This document shows positions 44,745-49,053 of a stretch of 49,053 nt of DNA, in pieces. Made by a program: the position numbers and the translations under genes. Below the pieces are notes generated by a model that was not told the DNA's origin, did no database searches, and worked only from the letters and a program-made list of their open reading frames with translations. Numbering within the stretch: position 1 is the stretch's first letter; every line of letters starts with the position of its first letter. The DNA comes from Craspedostauros australis (lineage: Eukaryota), in assembly GCA_030167865.1 (NCBI GenBank), contig JALAGF010003320.1, forward strand, positions 1-49,053. The letters run 5' to 3'.

Positions 44745-46976
44745 TTACGCCTTGGGTTCCAACACGGTGGCAAGAATACCGTGATCGCTGGGGAACTCCA
44801 GCGTGGGGAACGCCATGTCCTCAGTGTACTTCTTGCTGCCCGTGTTGTCCTTCCAGGTGTGCACCACCTTGAAGTCCTGCTTGGGGAACAGGATGAAGTC
44901 CTTGGGGTTGACATCGCCCTTCTCTCTCTTCTCGGTGCTCTTGCAGGCCTTGTTGAGCTGCGGCTGCAGGTACGTGCGCGCGTTGTACGTGGTGTAATTC
45001 TTGGCGTCCGGGACATCGCCCCAGCACGACGTCAGACCCTGCGTGACGTAGCTCTTTCCGAAATCCATCACGCCCTGCTGCTTGTCAGGGATGGCCTTCT
45101 CGTACGTGTTGGCATCCAGTCCAAAGATGAGGGAGTGCGACTTGAGGTGGTTGTCGTCCGATGACAACGCGTCGACGATGGCCTTCGTGACAGGCTTGGT
45201 GGCAAGACCGTTGGTGTCGCCGTGGAACGACGCGACGACGAATGGGACGCCATCGATGCTCTTGGTCGTCACGGCGAGGATATCGCCCGGCGAAACGGGG
45301 ACCTTGACGCCAGGTGGGAATGACTTGCGGACCAAGTCGGTGATTTCGCTCTCTGCGCCGTTGGGGAAGACCGACTTCTTGAGGCAGACGACGGAGTTCT
45401 GATCACGCACCGGGTCCATGTCCTTCGGTGCGACGATGTGGAAGTCCTGCCCCATCTTGCTGGCTCTGGCCTGATCGATGAAGCTGGACGACACCTCCTG
45501 CAGGGTGATGATGTCCGAATCCATGTACACATTGTTGAGGATGTCCAAGGTGTGCGGGACCTTCTTCTTGTTGAGGTTCTCCACCATGGTCTTCTTGAGA
45601 CCCTGCCAGCTCTCTGGCGACGAGGCGACGGTGTTCATCATGTGGACCAAGATGGCGTCGAAGATGGCGCCGCACATGGTCTGCAGCGGCAACGAATCCG
45701 CGGACTCCTCCTCGGTGATGAGCGGGTACTTCTCCTTCTTGATCTTCTTGAGCATCTTGTACGGCTCCTTCGACTCCACCTGACCGTCAGGTCCCTTGAT
45801 TTGCAACGGGGTGTCAAACAGGAAGGTTTGCCACGCGGACCACCAGCCGGCAAGTTCGGAGAGGTCGCCGTCGTACATGTTGATGACGGTGGGACGGAAG
45901 ACCTGTCCTTCGGCGCTTTCCACGTTGATGGTGTTGGTGTAACGATCCGGCATGGATGCCAATCGCTTGCTGCCCAGCATCTTGTCCTTCATGAAGCCGC
46001 TGATGATCTTGCGGTCCTTGAAGTCCTCCTCCCAGTACTTCTTGACCGACTTCCAGCCTGCCGTGCCCGTAAGCCGCGCATCCAGCTCGTCGAACATGGA
46101 CTGCTGGAAGACCTGCGAGACAGGCACATCATGCTGGCCAGGGTTGTCGATGAATTTTTCCACCTCGATCATGAGCTTCTCATACTCCGGATCTTCCTTG
46201 TACGTGATCCAGTACTCGAACGGGTTGTTGTTGATGGCAGCGATGTTCCATGTTGCCACCGTCAAACGGCGCTTTGCTGCGGCCATGGTACTCATTGAAT
46301 CGGTTTTTATGGTTGCGAATGTTGTCGTTCCGAGAAAGGTGTTGGCTCCGCCTGTCAATGTATGGTACATCATGTGCAGTTCAGGATCATTGGTCATCGC
46401 AATTCGCATCACATAGCACACCACATTGCACACCACATTGCGCGATGATGGTTCATGGATGCAACGTGGAGGAGGATGACAGGATTGGTGCGAAAGACAA
46501 GAAGAAAAGAAAGCAAAGCAACATCAAGGTCAGAGCACAGGACATCATGATGGGCTTGAATCAATGTCAAGGCAGTTGGCACACCCGCAACCTCTTGGAG
46601 CCATGATGTGGCTTCGTCACATCTCGTCGCATTGGAAGGATGAAATCCACCACGGTCGGCGGCCCTCGCATTCTCGTGGTGGTCGTCATCATCGTCATCG
46701 TCGTCGTCACCACCATTCGATGGGTCATCGTAGTGTCCTTGAGTGGCGTTCCTTCGCAACGTCACTGAGACGGCTGCTGCTTCGTTTGGCACCTTACGTA
46801 CCCCGTTGATAGAGAAAGGCTGTGTAGACGGCTGTGATGAGCAGAAGGATGGCTGTCTTGTTGCGGTATGAGGACAGGGGCGTCCGTGGCAGGAGATTGG
46901 GATTTGCAGCAGCTCCAACGAATGCGCTTGTTGCACGTCCACGGTACGCTGAGAGTGTGCGGCGACCAAATGCCAT
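44745..46976 (-). CDS. Endonuclease/exonuclease/phosphatase (EEP) family protein; exons 46976-46802 and 46351-44745
   Basis: EEP motifs TVATWNI, LQEV, SFHG, GLDAN, DFI and FPSDH. A phase-1 GTACGT...ACAG intron (46352-46801) adds a presequence/TM exon. Confidence 0.88.
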
Positions 46977-47690
46977 GATCTTTCGTCGCTGTTGCTGTTG
47001 CTGTGACGATGTGGATGTGGCGGTACTGCGTGCGTAGGTTCGCTTCAGCGCGTTGCAATCACTCAGAAACGGTTCGTCGTTTGCGAATGGTTGTTGTTGC
47101 GCGGGATTGGTGGATCGTGGATGCGAGTTTCGGCCGCGAATTTCGTGGTTTCCTTTCTTGTGACTGTTGCGCTTTGTGGACAAGCAAATCGACTTTGGTT
47201 GCAAGGTTTGACGATGTCAATACCCTTTCAATGCAAGCGTTTCCTAAAATCCGATGATGCAGATGTCCGCGTTGTATTGTAGTCGACCCCCTTTGGCAAC
47301 TGTCTTGTTTCGCCTTGCGTCTCTGTTGTTGGGTCGACGCGTTCTTTCTTGCTGTCTGCCTTGTGGCAATGATGGCGCGAGAGTTTTGATGTTGTGACCG
47401 TTGGGTCGATTCGATGTTGTCGCGACGTGTGTGTTTGTGTGTGCGCCATCTCCGGGTCTCTTTTCTCACCAAAATGACTCCCACCAAAAATCTGCCACAA
47501 TGTTTCTGGCGAAAGTTGATCTTGTTCTCTTTTTGGACAACCACAGCGACGATGGTGATGATGGTGGCGGCGTGACGGATGGCCTGCACGATGGGGTCGC
47601 GCTGTGATGCGCCATCGTCGTTATTGCTCTTGAGCCGGCACAGATTCGTGCACCATTTGCAATCCAGACAGACAATCCCTCAAAACTTAC

Positions 47691-47892
47691 CTGCCCAAAG
47701 CAACACGCCGCCGATGAGGAAACCCGCCATGAGTGTCACGGCGAACTGCTTCAGTCCGAATGCCGATTGCAGCTGTGGCGAAGGAATGGTGGATGGCACG
47801 TTGGAGCTGAAGCCTGAGGACATGCCTCCAGCGGCGTGCTGGCTTTCGGGATCTTCTGCTCCGCCTTTCGGGGGTGTAACGCGCCGACGCAT
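47691..47892 (-). CDS. Coding exon with a TM helix; probable alternative first exon of the EEP gene
   Basis: ATG 47892 gives MRRRVTPPKGG...FAVTLMAGFLIGGVLLWA, ending at a consensus G|GTAAGT donor (47690) in phase 1, the phase required by the acceptor at 46352. Confidence 0.6.
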
Positions 47893-48313
47893 CGAGAGGC
47901 TTCCGTGGTTGGCGAAGCAACGAAAGAGCATTCAAGTCGGGAGACTGCAATGTGCTGTGATCTGCTCTGCTCGTGTGTGGATTGGGACAACGCAGTCGTT
48001 GAGTGCCTGGCTTGTATTCTAGAGCGAGTTTGGCACAAGTAGATCGTTGGAGTAGTCGTTGGAGCAGGAGTGTGTTGCTTCCAACCACATCGACGACAAT
48101 GGAGGAATGGTTTTGTTGATGTGTGATGTGCGATGACTGCTGTCGTTGTTGCGTCGTTCCAAGTGCGTCCCGTCACAATTTCAACGTAGCAGGAAATTGA
48201 TGTCCCATCGAAAACCAACAGAAATATATATTTCCACATAACTCCAATGGGTTGCAAAAACAAATGAAAGGAACAAAATATGTGATTTACGTTGAAAACA
48301 AGAGAAGCCTCCT

Positions 48314-49053
48314 GGGGCTTCCGGTAAACTGCCGGACATGGTGGTTCGGGTGCATTTTAACGGACTTACGAACACTGTTAGTCGTGAATGAGATTTTATT
48401 AGTCTTGATTGCCATGTCCTTCAGACATTGTCGTCGCCACTCGCGACTCGTATCTGTGCGATGTCAAAAGATGCCCTAAAATAGGGCACCTTTTCAAAAC
48501 GTGCCCTAAATAGGGCACCTTTTCTCCCTCACCCACATGTCGCTGTTCGCAGCCGATTGGACGACAGAAAGAGCAAGAGCAAATCCCGCGCAACAACGCG
48601 ACGACAGAGGATTATCAAAGGCATGTCACGCCAAGTTGACGATAAGTATTAGTGTTCTGATTCGTCATTCAGTGACGTCCACATCGTTCCCCGTTGATGG
48701 CTTTGTGGAATGTGCCCATCGTGGCTGGGCTATTGTGAAACAAAACGTGCCCTAAAATAGGGCACCTTTTCAAAACGTGCCTTAAATAGGGCACCTTTTC
48801 AAAACGTGCCTTAAATAGGGCACCTTTTCAAAACGTGCCCTAAATAGGGCATCTTTTCAAAAGGTGCCTTATTTTAGGGCATTTTTTTTTCGCTGTAGGC
48901 TAGAGACAATTCAATCACGGATTGCATAAACCATAAACGCCAAGTACGACATTCCAATCATGACTAAGAATTTCGCATTCACGACTAATATCGTCCGTTA
49001 ACCAAATAGTGATGCTGTTCGTTAGTCCGATAGTCCGTTTTACCGGAAGCCCC
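48314..49053. mobile_element. MITE-like non-autonomous element with about 100-bp imperfect inverted arms
   Basis: GGGGCTTCCGGTAAA (48314-48328) is the exact reverse complement of 49039-49053. Further inverted blocks: 48361-48374 with 49016-49029, and about 48378-48418 with about 48948-48988. Confidence 0.75.
48466..48886. repeat. Seven palindromic 29-30 bp units (CAAAACGTGCCCTAAA(A)TAGGGCACCTTTT) in two blocks
   Basis: Two units at 48466-48524, four direct units at 48741-48857 and one inverted unit at about 48858-48886. Each unit contains the stem GTGCCCTA/TAGGGCAC, with occasional mismatches. Confidence 0.95.

Noticed and set aside
48466-48886. CRISPR array
   Set aside because: The palindromic 29-30 bp units abut one another with no unique spacers, one unit is inverted, there are no cas genes and the context is eukaryotic.
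48466-48886. Telomeric array
   Set aside because: CCCTAAA/TTAGGG occurs only as single words inside larger units, not as tandem telomere repeats.

Overview
Gene-dense eukaryotic DNA, almost certainly from a diatom and probably a pennate one. Evidence: GT-AG introns of about 185-450 bp, GC-rich coding DNA, a delta-5 desaturase that closely follows the Phaeodactylum enzyme as I remember it, and several diatom-type protein families. About 21 protein-coding genes can be supported: S8 subtilisin, Cys-rich secreted/GPI protein, small SET protein, secreted two-domain protein, 7TM GPCR-like protein, FMC1-like protein, delta-5 fatty acid desaturase, a DUF6665-like protein, an ER 2OG-Fe(II) oxygenase with ankyrin repeats, a divergent secreted small HSP, Rrn7/TAF1B-like protein, a 1381-aa STAND/AAA ATPase, ABA4/DUF4281, a VWA protein with CaaX, an NXPE/SGNH-type protein, a secreted vanadium-haloperoxidase-like enzyme, a His-rich LarC nickel insertase (N-terminal domain only), an HMG-box protein, a LETM1-like protein and an EEP-family phosphodiesterase. 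Highlights: (1) a tail-to-tail pair of intronless, bacterial-type metallo-genes (haloperoxidase-like and LarC with about 40 His); (2) two apparent alternative phase-1 first exons for the EEP gene, implying dual targeting; (3) a nested MITE-like element at the window end, with long inverted arms enclosing seven palindromic 29-30 bp units. No rRNA, tRNA or CRISPR was seen. All family assignments come from motif recognition by eye, not from database searches.
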